DNA from: Alphaproteobacteria bacterium
Lineage (GTDB): Bacteria > Pseudomonadota > Alphaproteobacteria > Rhizobiales > CAJQND01
Direction: 5' to 3'
NCBI GenBank assembly: GCA_024227565.1
Contig: JAAEUE010000303.1
Span: 5,292-69,291 of the forward strand
DNA: 64,000 nt
The notes beneath the pieces were generated by a model that saw nothing but the letters and a program-made list of their open reading frames with translations, did no database searches and was not told where the DNA came from. Position numbers and translations under genes: made by a program. Positions 37,653 through 47,319 of the stretch are shown here, in pieces. Within the stretch, counting starts at the first letter, position 1. Each line of letters begins with the position of its first letter.

Positions 37653-38837
37653 CTAGTGAACCGCCTCTATCGCCAGGGCGATGCCCTGACCGCCGCCGAT
37701 GCACATGGTCACAAGACCATAGCGACCGCCCGAGCGATGCAGCTCTGAAATGGCCTTGACCGCCAAGATCGCGCCGGTCGCGCCCACCGGGTGACCCAGT
37801 GCAATGGCACCGCCGTTGGGGTTCACCTTCTCTCCGTCAAGGCCCAGCTCCTTGGATACGGCACAAGCCTGAGCGGCGAAAGCTTCGTTGGATTCAATCA
37901 CGTCGAAATCTTCCCGTTTCAGTCCGGTGCGCTCCATCAGGTTCTTCACGGCTGGGATCGGGCCTACGCCCATTTCAGACGGCTCAACACCGGCGTGGGC
38001 ATAGCCAACCAACTTGGCCACGGGCTTGCGCCCGGCTTTGTCGGCAGCCTCGGCCTCCATCAGCACCAGCGCCGCGGCGCCATCATTAATGCCAGACGCG
38101 TTGCCGGCCGTCACCGAACCTTCCTTGTCGAACACAGCACGCAAGCTGCTGAGCGAGGCCAAGTCTGCATCGTGGCGCACGTGCTCATCTGTGTCGAAGG
38201 GCACCATCTCACGTTTAACCTTCACCTCAATAGGCAGGATCTGGTCCTTGAACCGACCCTCGGTGATGGCACGCACGGCCCGTTGTTGGCTTTGCAAAGC
38301 GAAATTGTCCTGGTCTTCCCGGCTGATCTGCCATTTGCGGGCAACGTTCTCAGCGGTGTTGCCCATGTGGCCATGGCCGAACGGGTCATGCAAAGCGGCC
38401 AACATCATGTCGACCACCTTGGCATCGCCCATCTTCACACCAAAGCGCGAATTGAGCGAGGCGTATGGCGCCCGCGACATGGATTCTGCACCGCCGGCAA
38501 CAGCCACATCCGCATCGCCCAGCATGACGGTCTGAGCGGCCGAGACGATGGCCTGGGCGCCCGAACCGCACAGACGGTTGCACGTGAGCGCCGGCGTTTC
38601 AACCGGCAGTCCGGCATCGATCATCGCCACCCGTGACAGATACATATCGCGCGGTTCGGTGTGGATCACATTGCCCAAAACCACATGTCCCACCTCTTCA
38701 GGGGCCGTCTCTGCACGGTTCAGCGCTTCTGTAATCACCGCAGCACCCATGGCGGTTGGTGCCGTGTCCTTCAGGGCCCCACCAAATGTTCCAATGGCAG
38801 TGCGGACACCAGAGAGAAAGACGACTTCGCGCGGCAT
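37653..38837 (-). CDS. acetyl-CoA C-acetyltransferase (thiolase II)
   Basis: 394 aa. NRLCGSGAQA active-site Cys, NEAFAAQ, GGAIALGHPVGATG, CIGGGQG. Confidence 0.9.
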   Translation of the reverse strand: MPREVVFLSGVRTAIGTFGGALKDTAPTAMGAAVITEALNRAETAPEEVGHVVLGNVIHTEPRDMYLSRVAMIDAGLPVETPALTCNRLCGSGAQAIVSAAQTVMLGDADVAVAGGAESMSRAPYASLNSRFGVKMGDAKVVDMMLAALHDPFGHGHMGNTAENVARKWQISREDQDNFALQSQQRAVRAITEGRFKDQILPIEVKVKREMVPFDTDEHVRHDADLASLSSLRAVFDKEGSVTAGNASGINDGAAALVLMEAEAADKAGRKPVAKLVGYAHAGVEPSEMGVGPIPAVKNLMERTGLKREDFDVIESNEAFAAQACAVSKELGLDGEKVNPNGGAIALGHPVGATGAILAVKAISELHRSGGRYGLVTMCIGGGQGIALAIEAVH

Positions 38838-38855
38838 GACAGAGCTCCTTGATCT

Positions 38856-38894
38856 TGCAAAAGAAGGACACGCCGCTGATCGCGGGCGTGTCCG
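38856..38894 (-). terminator. rho-independent terminator of the cytochrome c / 715-aa gene pair
   Basis: On the minus strand, GGACACGCC-loop-GGCGTGTCC (9-bp stem) is followed by TTCTTTTG, 54 nt after the stop at 38948. Confidence 0.7.
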
Positions 38895-38947
38895 AAAACC
38901 GATGGTTCACAATGGTGTACCAGCCCGGGCCCCAAACTCAAGTGGTC

Positions 38948-41095
38948 TTATGGTTCAACCGGCAAGCGCAGCGCCGTATAGGCCAGGCGCTTCTTGCGTT
39001 TCTTGGAGCTCTTGCTGATCCACGATTCCAGCAGCTCGCGCACATTCTTGATCTTGGTGAAGGCTTCCTTTTGGAAATTGTGGCGGATGCCGGTGCGGCG
39101 GTTGGAGCCGTCGCACAGAGCCACAACGGTTTCCTCGCCCGCATTCTCCAAGGTCAGCTGATACGGCGCTGAACCGCTTGGCACTAGCACCTCTTTGTCC
39201 CCATTGATGGTGGGGTGGGCGCGGAACTTGTTCGGGAATACCACGGTGCCCGAGCCATCGCGGTTGGTCAGGATAAGGGTGAGCGTGCACTCGTTGAACG
39301 TCTGGATGGCAAACGAGGCTTGGTCGCCGCGCTTGTAGCGCGATTTGTCGGAGACCAACGACAGGTTGAACGCGCCAGTTTTAGGTGCGGGCTTGGAGGG
39401 CAACCTGGGCACGCCGCTGCGGAAGCCGATGAGCCGGCCAACAGATTTGGCCCGAAGCGGACTATAGTCGGTCGCAATTTTCACAATGGCGGCATACTTG
39501 GCCTCAAAGGCAATGCGAGGCAGGCCTCTTTGGGCAATCAAGCGGCCGGTGTTGAACGACTTGGTGCCCTTGTCGGCGAGGGTCTGGTTAAACACCTCTG
39601 GGGTGACCCCCACATCGGCAGCAGCGGTTTGCAGGTCCACCCCTCGGGCCTGATAGAAATCGGCAAGTGCCTTGATAGGTTCAGGCCCTTTGCCCGCCCC
39701 GCCAGCGCTGATCAATCCGGCACGCTCATAGGCTTCAGCATAGCCCTCCTCGTCGCGCCCGCGCAGGAAGTCCATATAGTCACGGCGCGGATAAAGTTTG
39801 CGCACCAGATCTTGAAGTTCCGGGGAGAACGCAGCGTTGCCGTCAACATGCACCCTGATCCGGTCGGGCACAAACTGCAGCGGCGCAAAGTTGCAGGCGG
39901 CACAATAAAACCCGTTTGAAAGGCGCCAATCATCTGCGCTCGTGTATTTCTTCAAAGGCACACCATTGATCCGGCCGCCGCTGCGATTGTAGATGAACCA
40001 GGCCCGCAAACCGTTTGGCAAGCTGAACTGGATGGTGCCGCCGTTGGACCCAAAGCGATTCTTACCGCCCGGTCCAAGAGGAAAGTCGAACAGGTTGCTC
40101 CGCTTCTCCAAACCGGTGAATTCATAAGACTGCCAATAGGCCCCATTTTCGCGGGCATGGCGCTCCAAGAGCCGGCTGGCGCTGTAAACACCATAGAGTT
40201 GAAACCCGGAACGGCTGACTTTCGCGTCCTTTTGCGCACCCATGCCAAGTTTCTTGCGCAATCCGGCAACAGATTTCGGCAAACCCAAAATGTTATAGTA
40301 AAGAGGCGGGCGAGAGGCTGCAAAGGCGAACCAATCGGCCCGCACATACGGCATTATGCTGCGCGAGGTGTTCCAGATGACCTTGTGCCGTGGCACATCC
40401 GTTTGCACTGCGTAAGGGTAAGACAGCAGGATCTTGCCCCAGGTCTTGTCGGTCCACCCCAGATCGTTCTGATGGAACCGCATGATCAGATTCTGCGGCC
40501 CGATGAGCGCCGGCGATACGGTGTTGGTGGACCAGGTCAGGCTGTTCAAAAGTTTTACCGCCGCATTCTTGTGAGCAGCAAGGTCTGCCTCGCCAACGCA
40601 GGCATTGTAAAGGTTTGCAAACGTGAGGTAACGGGTGCCATCGGCCTGTTTGCGCGGCATGGCGCTCAAGTCGGCCTTGATGGCTTCGGCAACTGCCCCA
40701 AGGTCTATGAGCTCGCGCCCACAGGTTTTGGGCGCGGCCAGGAGTTTCTGAAGAGGGATCAGCCCCTTAATCGGATCTGGCGCCGCGGCGGTTTCCACCT
40801 CGGCCTCAACAGCCGGCACCTTGGCCGCAACATCCTTCAGGGACGGTGTTTCGATCTCCTCCTGCTTGGCCGCATCTTCCGTGGGCAGGGTCGTTACCAC
40901 CTTTGCAGGCGCCGTGCTCGCAGCGGCCTTTTCCCTGAGGGCTTCGGTATTGTCGCCGGCAATTGCGCCAAACTTCACGGTGATTCTCGAGATCTCGTCT
41001 TGAGCGGCCAACAAGGTGGCCCCACTGGCACAGAAATACCCAAGCAGCACAGCCCAACGGCCTGCATTGCCCACCCGCGATCTAAAAAACTTCAT
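38948..41095 (-). CDS. large secreted protein of unknown function with a DUF4384-like C-terminal domain
   Basis: 715 aa. N-terminal hydrophobic signal/anchor, then an Ala/Glu-rich linker. The central ~450-aa region (RYLTFANLYNA...KLLNSLTW...SYPYAV...FSLPNGLRAWFIYN...NGFYCAACNF) is not recognised. Residues 575-665 read YKRGDQASFAIQTFNECTLTLILTNRDGSGTVVFPN...GEETVVAL. Confidence 0.6.
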   Translation of the reverse strand: MKFFRSRVGNAGRWAVLLGYFCASGATLLAAQDEISRITVKFGAIAGDNTEALREKAAASTAPAKVVTTLPTEDAAKQEEIETPSLKDVAAKVPAVEAEVETAAAPDPIKGLIPLQKLLAAPKTCGRELIDLGAVAEAIKADLSAMPRKQADGTRYLTFANLYNACVGEADLAAHKNAAVKLLNSLTWSTNTVSPALIGPQNLIMRFHQNDLGWTDKTWGKILLSYPYAVQTDVPRHKVIWNTSRSIMPYVRADWFAFAASRPPLYYNILGLPKSVAGLRKKLGMGAQKDAKVSRSGFQLYGVYSASRLLERHARENGAYWQSYEFTGLEKRSNLFDFPLGPGGKNRFGSNGGTIQFSLPNGLRAWFIYNRSGGRINGVPLKKYTSADDWRLSNGFYCAACNFAPLQFVPDRIRVHVDGNAAFSPELQDLVRKLYPRRDYMDFLRGRDEEGYAEAYERAGLISAGGAGKGPEPIKALADFYQARGVDLQTAAADVGVTPEVFNQTLADKGTKSFNTGRLIAQRGLPRIAFEAKYAAIVKIATDYSPLRAKSVGRLIGFRSGVPRLPSKPAPKTGAFNLSLVSDKSRYKRGDQASFAIQTFNECTLTLILTNRDGSGTVVFPNKFRAHPTINGDKEVLVPSGSAPYQLTLENAGEETVVALCDGSNRRTGIRHNFQKEAFTKIKNVRELLESWISKSSKKRKKRLAYTALRLPVEP

Positions 41096-41153
41096 TCTGC
41101 ACCGGCTCCGGCATTTGTGGTCGTCGTTTCAGGCGGAAATCTCACCACAATGA

Positions 41154-42086
41154 TCACTTGGTTTTCTTCTTCTTCCACGTGCTGGCATGCGCCGGGATTG
41201 TTTTCAGATACCCGGCAATGGCTTCACGATCCTCTTTGGTCAGCTTTGCGGTGTTCTCCTGAACGGCCACCATCGAGCCACCAAAACTGTCATAGTCAGG
41301 CATAAAGCCTGATTCCAAGGAGTAAGCAATATCCGCATCACTCCAGCTCTTCAAACCGTCAGCGTGCGGTGTCAAGTTCGGAATGACACCATCGCCTTCC
41401 GGTGCTGGACCACCAGCAAGAAGCAGGCCGGAATTGGGTCCGCCGATGAAATTTCTCGGCGTATGGCACTCGCCGCAATGGGCCGGTCCGTTAACCAGAT
41501 AGGCCCCCCGGTTGAGCTGTTCGCTCGCGTTCGGATCGGCTTTGAACGGCTGGTAGTCCATAAACAGGAATTTCCACAATCCAAGACCACGCCGCAGCCG
41601 GAAAGGCAGCGGCAGGTCATGGTCCGGAGCGTCGCCGGTAACCTTGGGAACGGTGTTCATGAAGGCCTTCAGATCGACCACATCGCTCACCTTCATGCGC
41701 TGGTAGGACATGAACGGAAACGAGGGATAATAGTGGCTGCCGTCAGGCGAGACACCGCGCATTACCGCATTCACGAACTGTAGGTCGGTCCATCCGCCGA
41801 TACCATGTTTTGGATCCGGCGAAATGTTGGGGGCGTAGAACGTCCCAAAGGGTGTTTTGAACTTATGCCCCCCGGCAAGTTTGAGCTTTTCGTCTCCTTT
41901 GGCGCCTGGGGCCGCATGGCACGACGCGCAGCCGGAGGCATAGAACATGTATTTGCCGCGCTCCACGTCTCCGCTCATGCCGGAAAGCGCGGCCTCGGCA
42001 ATGGTTTTCGGCTGTGTCAGGAAGAGGAATACGGCCAATCCGGCGACCCACAAGATTCCGCAAGCAATTATGAGACGGCGCAACAT
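41154..42086 (-). CDS. membrane-anchored diheme c-type cytochrome
   Basis: 310 aa with an N-terminal TM helix and two CxxCH motifs (CASCH, CGECH). Confidence 0.85.
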   Translation of the reverse strand: MLRRLIIACGILWVAGLAVFLFLTQPKTIAEAALSGMSGDVERGKYMFYASGCASCHAAPGAKGDEKLKLAGGHKFKTPFGTFYAPNISPDPKHGIGGWTDLQFVNAVMRGVSPDGSHYYPSFPFMSYQRMKVSDVVDLKAFMNTVPKVTGDAPDHDLPLPFRLRRGLGLWKFLFMDYQPFKADPNASEQLNRGAYLVNGPAHCGECHTPRNFIGGPNSGLLLAGGPAPEGDGVIPNLTPHADGLKSWSDADIAYSLESGFMPDYDSFGGSMVAVQENTAKLTKEDREAIAGYLKTIPAHASTWKKKKTK

Positions 42087-42284
42087 GTTCTGTCCTTTTT
42101 GGCCCCACCAGAAGTGTCACTAATAGCAAAGCACGCAGTTCCATCAAGTCAGAAGCTGCGGAGCTTGGGAAAGCTGACCACTTCGTACGCCAACGATGAG
42201 AATTTCTCCCATTTACAGATCACAAAGATTGCCTCAAGAAGCGCGCCTGAATAGTCATCAAGAGGCCTGGGAGGGGTTCAGACA

Positions 42285-43364
42285 ATGAAAGCTGCTGTTT
42301 GCCACGCGTTTGGCACGCCACTGAAGATCGAAGACGTCACATTGTCGAACCCGGGCGAAGGTGCGGTCCGTGTCAAAATCGCCGCCTGCGCCATCTGCCA
42401 TTCCGACATCATCTATATGGACGGCGCCTGGGGCGGCACCTTGCCGGCAGTCTATGGCCATGAAGCGGCCGGCGTCGTGGAAGAGGTCGGCCCCGGGGTC
42501 AACCATGTTGAGGTTGGCGATCATGTGGTGGTCACCCTCATCCGCTCATGCGGCGAGTGTCACTACTGCGCCCAAGGCCATCACGTGATTTGCGAAGGAT
42601 CAGTGCCCATCGATGCAACGCCGCCGCTCACTGCCGATGACGGTTCGGCCTTGGTCCAGGGGCTAAGATGCGGCGCGTTTGCTGAGTATGTGGTGGTGGA
42701 CGGCTCGCAAATTTGCGCCATTCCCAAGGATATTCCACTGGATTCAGCCTCCCTCCTCGCCTGCGGTGTCATGACCGGCCTCGGCGCCGTGTGGAACACC
42801 GCTCAGGTGCCGTCGGGCAGCAATGTTGTGGTGATAGGCACTGGCGGTGTCGGCCTCAACTCCGTCCAAGGTGCGGCCCTGTGCGGTGCCAAGACCGTCA
42901 TCGCGATGGACCTGGCCGAGGACAAGATGAAAGCGGCCAAAACCTTCGGCGCCACCCACACCGTCAATGCCGGGGCAAATGATGCCGCCGAGCAAGTGCG
43001 CAAGATAACCGACGGGCGCGGGGCAGACTATGTTTTCGTCACCGTGGGCGCCCTGCCCGCCATTGAACAGAGCGTTGGCCTGTTGGCCAAGGCCGGCACC
43101 GCTGTGCTTGTGGGCATGCCAGGGGATGGCGCCATTGCCAAGATCGAGCCGGACGCCATTGCCAATGCGGCCCAGCGCATCATTGGCTCAAAGATGGGCT
43201 CGTCCAAGGTGCGCGTCGACATTCCCCGGCTTGTGGACATGTATCAGCAAGGCCGCTTGAAGCTCGACGAGCTGATCACCGGCCGCTACCCGCTCAGCGA
43301 AATCAACGAAGCCATCGACAGCGTGCGCCGGGGCGAAGCCTTGCGCAATGTCATCGTCTTCTAG
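42285..43364 (+). CDS. zinc-dependent alcohol dehydrogenase family protein
   Basis: 359 aa. MKAAVCHAFG, CAICHSD, GHEAAGVVEEVG, structural Zn Cys cluster CGECHYC, VIGTGGVGL. Confidence 0.85.
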   Translation: MKAAVCHAFGTPLKIEDVTLSNPGEGAVRVKIAACAICHSDIIYMDGAWGGTLPAVYGHEAAGVVEEVGPGVNHVEVGDHVVVTLIRSCGECHYCAQGHHVICEGSVPIDATPPLTADDGSALVQGLRCGAFAEYVVVDGSQICAIPKDIPLDSASLLACGVMTGLGAVWNTAQVPSGSNVVVIGTGGVGLNSVQGAALCGAKTVIAMDLAEDKMKAAKTFGATHTVNAGANDAAEQVRKITDGRGADYVFVTVGALPAIEQSVGLLAKAGTAVLVGMPGDGAIAKIEPDAIANAAQRIIGSKMGSSKVRVDIPRLVDMYQQGRLKLDELITGRYPLSEINEAIDSVRRGEALRNVIVF

Positions 43365-43379
43365 ACAGGATCCAATCCC

Positions 43380-44582
43380 ATGAAGATTGCAGACGTCAAA
43401 ACCTGGGTTGTCGGCAATCCGCCGCCGCATTTCGGTGGGCGCTACTTCATCTTCGTCAAGCTCACCGCCGACAACGGCATTGTAGGCTACGGCGAGGTGT
43501 ATGCCGCCACCTTCAGCCCCCATGTGATCACCCAGATGGTGCACGATGTGTGCGAGCGTCATGTGATCGGCCAAGATCCGTTTCACATTGAAAAGATGTG
43601 GCGCCGGGTCTACGGCAGCGGCTATACCCTGCGCCCAGATGTTTCGCTCATGGGCGTGCTGTCAGGCATCGAGACGGCCTGCTGGGACATTGTGGGCAAG
43701 GCGGTGGACAAGCCGGTTTACGAGCTGCTCGGCGGCAAGGTTCACGAGCGCCTGAGGTCCTACACCTACCTCTATCCCAAGCATGGTACCGATGGAGCCA
43801 TTGGCACCAAGGAGGTCTACTCCAACCCAGATTTGGCCGCAGAGCGGGCCATAGAGTATGTGAACCAGGGCTTCACAGCGGTGAAGTTTGATCCGGCAGG
43901 CCCCTACACGGTCTACGACGGCGGAATGCCGACCCTTGAAGAGCTGGACCGCTCGGAACGCTTCGTGCGGCAGATCCGCGAGGCGGTTGGCAACAAGGCC
44001 GACATGCTGTTCGGCACCCATGGCCAGTTCACCGCCGCCGGCGCCATCCGCCTGGCCAAGCGGCTTGAGCCCTATGACCCGCTCTGGTTCGAAGAGCCCA
44101 CCCCGCCGGAGAACCCGAAGGAAATGGCAAGGGTGGCCAGCCAGACCTCCATTCCTGTGGCCACCGGCGAGCGCCTGTGCACCAAATGGGAGTTTGCCCG
44201 GGTGCTCGAACACCAGGCCGCCTCTATCCTGCAAATGGCCTTGGGCCGGGTGGGCGGCCTGCTGGAGGGCAAGAAGATCGCGGGCATGGCTGAAACCTAC
44301 TACGCCCAGCTTGCACCTCATCTCTATTGCGGCCCGATAGAAGGCGCCGCCAATGCTCAACTGGCAACCTGCACCCCCAATTTCCTCATTCTGGAAAGCA
44401 TCGAACAATGGGGCGGCTTCCACGCTGAGATCCTGAAAAACCCAATGAAGTGGGAGGACGGATACGTGATCCCCTCCACCGAGCCCGGTATTGGCGTGGA
44501 ACTGAACGAAGACGTGGCGGACGCGCATCCCTACGAGGGCACCGCGCTGCATCTTGAAATGGGGCCAGATCCCGTTCGCTAG
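43380..44582 (+). CDS. enolase-superfamily acid-sugar dehydratase (mandelate racemase/muconate lactonizing enzyme family)
   Basis: 400 aa. MKIADVKTWVVGN....YFIFVKLTADNGIVGYGE, FEEP metal ligand region, HLYCGP. Confidence 0.8.
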   Translation: MKIADVKTWVVGNPPPHFGGRYFIFVKLTADNGIVGYGEVYAATFSPHVITQMVHDVCERHVIGQDPFHIEKMWRRVYGSGYTLRPDVSLMGVLSGIETACWDIVGKAVDKPVYELLGGKVHERLRSYTYLYPKHGTDGAIGTKEVYSNPDLAAERAIEYVNQGFTAVKFDPAGPYTVYDGGMPTLEELDRSERFVRQIREAVGNKADMLFGTHGQFTAAGAIRLAKRLEPYDPLWFEEPTPPENPKEMARVASQTSIPVATGERLCTKWEFARVLEHQAASILQMALGRVGGLLEGKKIAGMAETYYAQLAPHLYCGPIEGAANAQLATCTPNFLILESIEQWGGFHAEILKNPMKWEDGYVIPSTEPGIGVELNEDVADAHPYEGTALHLEMGPDPVR

Positions 44583-44595
44583 GAGAGATACCAAA

Positions 44596-45552
44596 ATGAA
44601 AGTTGGATTTATCGGCCTCGGCAATGTGGGCGGCAAACTGGCCGGCAGCCTGTTGCGCAATGGCTTCGACCTCACCGTACGCGACCTCGACAAGGATGCC
44701 GCGCAAAGCTTCCTGGACGGCGGCGCCCACTGGGCGGACAGTCCCAAGGAGATGGCGGAAACTTGTGATCTCATTATCACGTGCCTGCCCTCACCAGCTG
44801 CCAGCGCCGCGGTGATGGAGGCCGTCGATGGCATTCTGGCGGGCCTCAGCGCAGGCAAGATCTGGGCGGAGATGAGCACAACCGATGAGGCGGAGGTCAA
44901 ACGGCTGGGTGAGAAGGTGAAGGCCAGGGGCGCAGAACCGGTCGATTGCCCTGTCTCCGGCGGCTGCCACCGGGCGGCCACGGGTAACATCGCCATTTTT
45001 GCAGGCTGCGAGCGTGAAACCTTTGACCGCATGTTGCCAGCCCTCACGGCCATGGGCCGCCGCGTGCTGCACACCGGCGAACTTGGGTCGGCTTCAGTCT
45101 TGAAGGTTGTGACCAACTTCCTGGCCACCGCAAACCTTGTGACCTGCTGTGAAGCGCTCATGGTCTCAAAGCAGGCCGGCATGGACCTGAACGTTGCGTT
45201 CGAGGCCATCCGCATCTCATCGGGCAACTCGTTCGTGCATGAAACCGAAAGCCAGGTGATCCTCAACGGCAGCCGCGACATCAATTTCACCATGGACCTG
45301 GTGTGCAAGGATATCGGGCTCTTCCAGGCCGTTGCCGATCGCGCCAACGTTCCCTTGGATGTATCGCCCGTGCTCGTCGACGTCTTCAAAGACGGAATGG
45401 AGCGCTATGGTGCCCGTGAATGGTCGCCCAACATCATCAAACGACTTGAAGAAGCCTGCGGCGCGAAAATTCTGGCGCCAGGATTCCCGGCCGAAATCAC
45501 CGACGATGAGCCGGAAGAAGCAGGCTACGAGATTCAGATCAAGCGCGCCTGA
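44596..45552 (+). CDS. beta-hydroxyacid (3-hydroxyisobutyrate-type) dehydrogenase family protein
   Basis: MKVGFIGLGNVGGKLAGSLLRNGFDLTVRDLD and the GSASVLKVVTN signature. About 318 aa from the internal Met. Confidence 0.8.
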   Translation: MKVGFIGLGNVGGKLAGSLLRNGFDLTVRDLDKDAAQSFLDGGAHWADSPKEMAETCDLIITCLPSPAASAAVMEAVDGILAGLSAGKIWAEMSTTDEAEVKRLGEKVKARGAEPVDCPVSGGCHRAATGNIAIFAGCERETFDRMLPALTAMGRRVLHTGELGSASVLKVVTNFLATANLVTCCEALMVSKQAGMDLNVAFEAIRISSGNSFVHETESQVILNGSRDINFTMDLVCKDIGLFQAVADRANVPLDVSPVLVDVFKDGMERYGAREWSPNIIKRLEEACGAKILAPGFPAEITDDEPEEAGYEIQIKRA

Positions 45553-45646
45553 CGCCTCGCCACAGCTTGTTGATATCTGGTGCAAAACAACAAATGTTCA
45601 CGTTTTGATCTTTACCTGACGGCGAATCGGTCTATGCTGGGCGGTT

Positions 45647-46816
45647 ATGGATATGTCCCAGCCCTTCTTGACCATCGGTCATATGATCATCACCGTCAGC
45701 GAAGCCTTGCTGCTGGGCGCCTCTGTGTTTGCGCTATTGCTCATCACCATCGTCATCATGCTTATGCGGGCGGGCGGAACGCGCCGGGTGGGCGAAGCTG
45801 AAACCCAGCGCCGCGAGGCAGAGCTGCAGAACCAGCTCGCCGAAATGACGGGCCGTCTCCACACCTTCATGCAAGCCACCGCAAACCGTGATGCGCACAT
45901 GACCCAGAATTTGAACGAGCGCCTTGATGGGGTGACCTTCAAACTGGGCCAGAACCTGCATGAAAACAATGAACGCACAGGCCAGCATTTGCAGGTCCTG
46001 CACGAGCGCCTGGCGGTGATTGACACCGCGCAGAAGAACCTCACAGAGCTTTCAACCCAAATGGTTGGGCTGCAGGATATTCTGGCGAACAAACAAACCC
46101 GCGGAGCCTTTGGTCAGGCTCAGATGGAGGCCGTGATCGCCGACCGGCTGCCTGCAAGCGCCTATGCCTTCCAGCCCACCTTGTCGAACGGCACCCGGCC
46201 GGACTGCATCGTCAAAATGCCTGACGGCGGCCTGGACATCGTGATCGACGCCAAGTTTCCCTTAGAAGCGTTCACGGCCTTCCGTGAGGCCTCCGAAACG
46301 CCCGAGATAAAGGCCGCCAGCCAGCAACTGCGCGGCGATATGGGCAAGCACATCAAGGATATCTCGGAGAAATATCTGATCCCTGGCGAAACCCAGGAGA
46401 CGGCGCTGATGTTTGTGCCGTCTGAATCCATTTACGCTGACTTGCATGAAAAGTTCGACGATGTGGTTCAGAAGGCCTACCGGGCACGCGTGATGATCGT
46501 CTCCCCCACCATGCTGATGCTGGCCGTGCAAACCCTGCAGACCTTGTTCCGCGACAGCCAGATGCGTGAGCAAGCCGGTTTGATCCAACAGGAAGTGGGC
46601 CGCATGATGGGTGACGTGCACCGGCTCCGCGATCGCGTATTGGCCCTGCAGAAGCATTTCGGCATGGCTAACAAAGATATCGATCTGATCCTCACCTCGT
46701 CCGACAAGGTGACCAAACGCGCCTTGAAAATTGGGCAGGTAGAGCTTGAGGACGGCGATGAGCCGGCAGTTGAAGACGACCAGGGCCCCAAACTCGTCTC
46801 TGGCGGCTTGAGCTAA
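45647..46816 (+). CDS. rmuC: DNA recombination protein RmuC
   Basis: 389 aa. N-terminal TM and coiled coil, then RGAFGQAQMEAVI...PDCIVKMPDGGLDIVIDAKFPLEAF...ALMFVPSESIYA. Confidence 0.85.
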   Translation: MDMSQPFLTIGHMIITVSEALLLGASVFALLLITIVIMLMRAGGTRRVGEAETQRREAELQNQLAEMTGRLHTFMQATANRDAHMTQNLNERLDGVTFKLGQNLHENNERTGQHLQVLHERLAVIDTAQKNLTELSTQMVGLQDILANKQTRGAFGQAQMEAVIADRLPASAYAFQPTLSNGTRPDCIVKMPDGGLDIVIDAKFPLEAFTAFREASETPEIKAASQQLRGDMGKHIKDISEKYLIPGETQETALMFVPSESIYADLHEKFDDVVQKAYRARVMIVSPTMLMLAVQTLQTLFRDSQMREQAGLIQQEVGRMMGDVHRLRDRVLALQKHFGMANKDIDLILTSSDKVTKRALKIGQVELEDGDEPAVEDDQGPKLVSGGLS

Positions 46817-47319
46817 AAGCCGAACTGATCCTCGGCGCCGCCCACTTCACGAAGCACCCGTTCGATCTTGTTCAATACAAGATAGAGCTCCCGTTTGGAC
46901 GACAGACTGCCTGGTACAATCAGCCTCTCATAAGACAACCAGATTTTGTCTGCCCCGACGGTGACCGGCCGTGACTTCACCTGTTCGATAACCGGCTGGC
47001 GCGATTGCTTCACCTGCAAGTAGCCCAGGCTGTCGTGAACGGAATTCGCCGTGCCGGCCATATCGTTAACGAACTCGCTGCCAAACAGGCGCGCAAAATC
47101 GCTGTCCGGCCCCACGCACAAAACCGGCGGCGGCCAGTCGTGACCATTGTCTGCACAGATTTGCAACGACGGGAACAGCTCATTCAGCCGTTCGTCATGC
47201 CGGCAGATACGCCCGGCGCTGCGCTTCCACCACGTGAGCCCCGCGATCAAAAGGTCAGATCTGATCTGGTGCGGTTCGATGGGATGGATTTGTGTTGGGG
47301 AGTGCTTATGCATTGGCAT
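46813..47319 (-). CDS. hypothetical protein
   Basis: 168-aa ORF with coding-like composition. Stop codons overlap convergently with rmuC. No family recognised (a weak PAS-like impression only). Confidence 0.4.
   Translation of the reverse strand: MPMHKHSPTQIHPIEPHQIRSDLLIAGLTWWKRSAGRICRHDERLNELFPSLQICADNGHDWPPPVLCVGPDSDFARLFGSEFVNDMAGTANSVHDSLGYLQVKQSRQPVIEQVKSRPVTVGADKIWLSYERLIVPGSLSSKRELYLVLNKIERVLREVGGAEDQFGF

Noticed and set aside
43662-45389. 575-aa ORF antisense to the enolase-superfamily and beta-hydroxyacid dehydrogenase genes
   Set aside because: It has low-complexity Ala/Arg/Ser/Pro-rich composition typical of the antisense frame of GC-rich genes. The sense-strand genes have clear family motifs.
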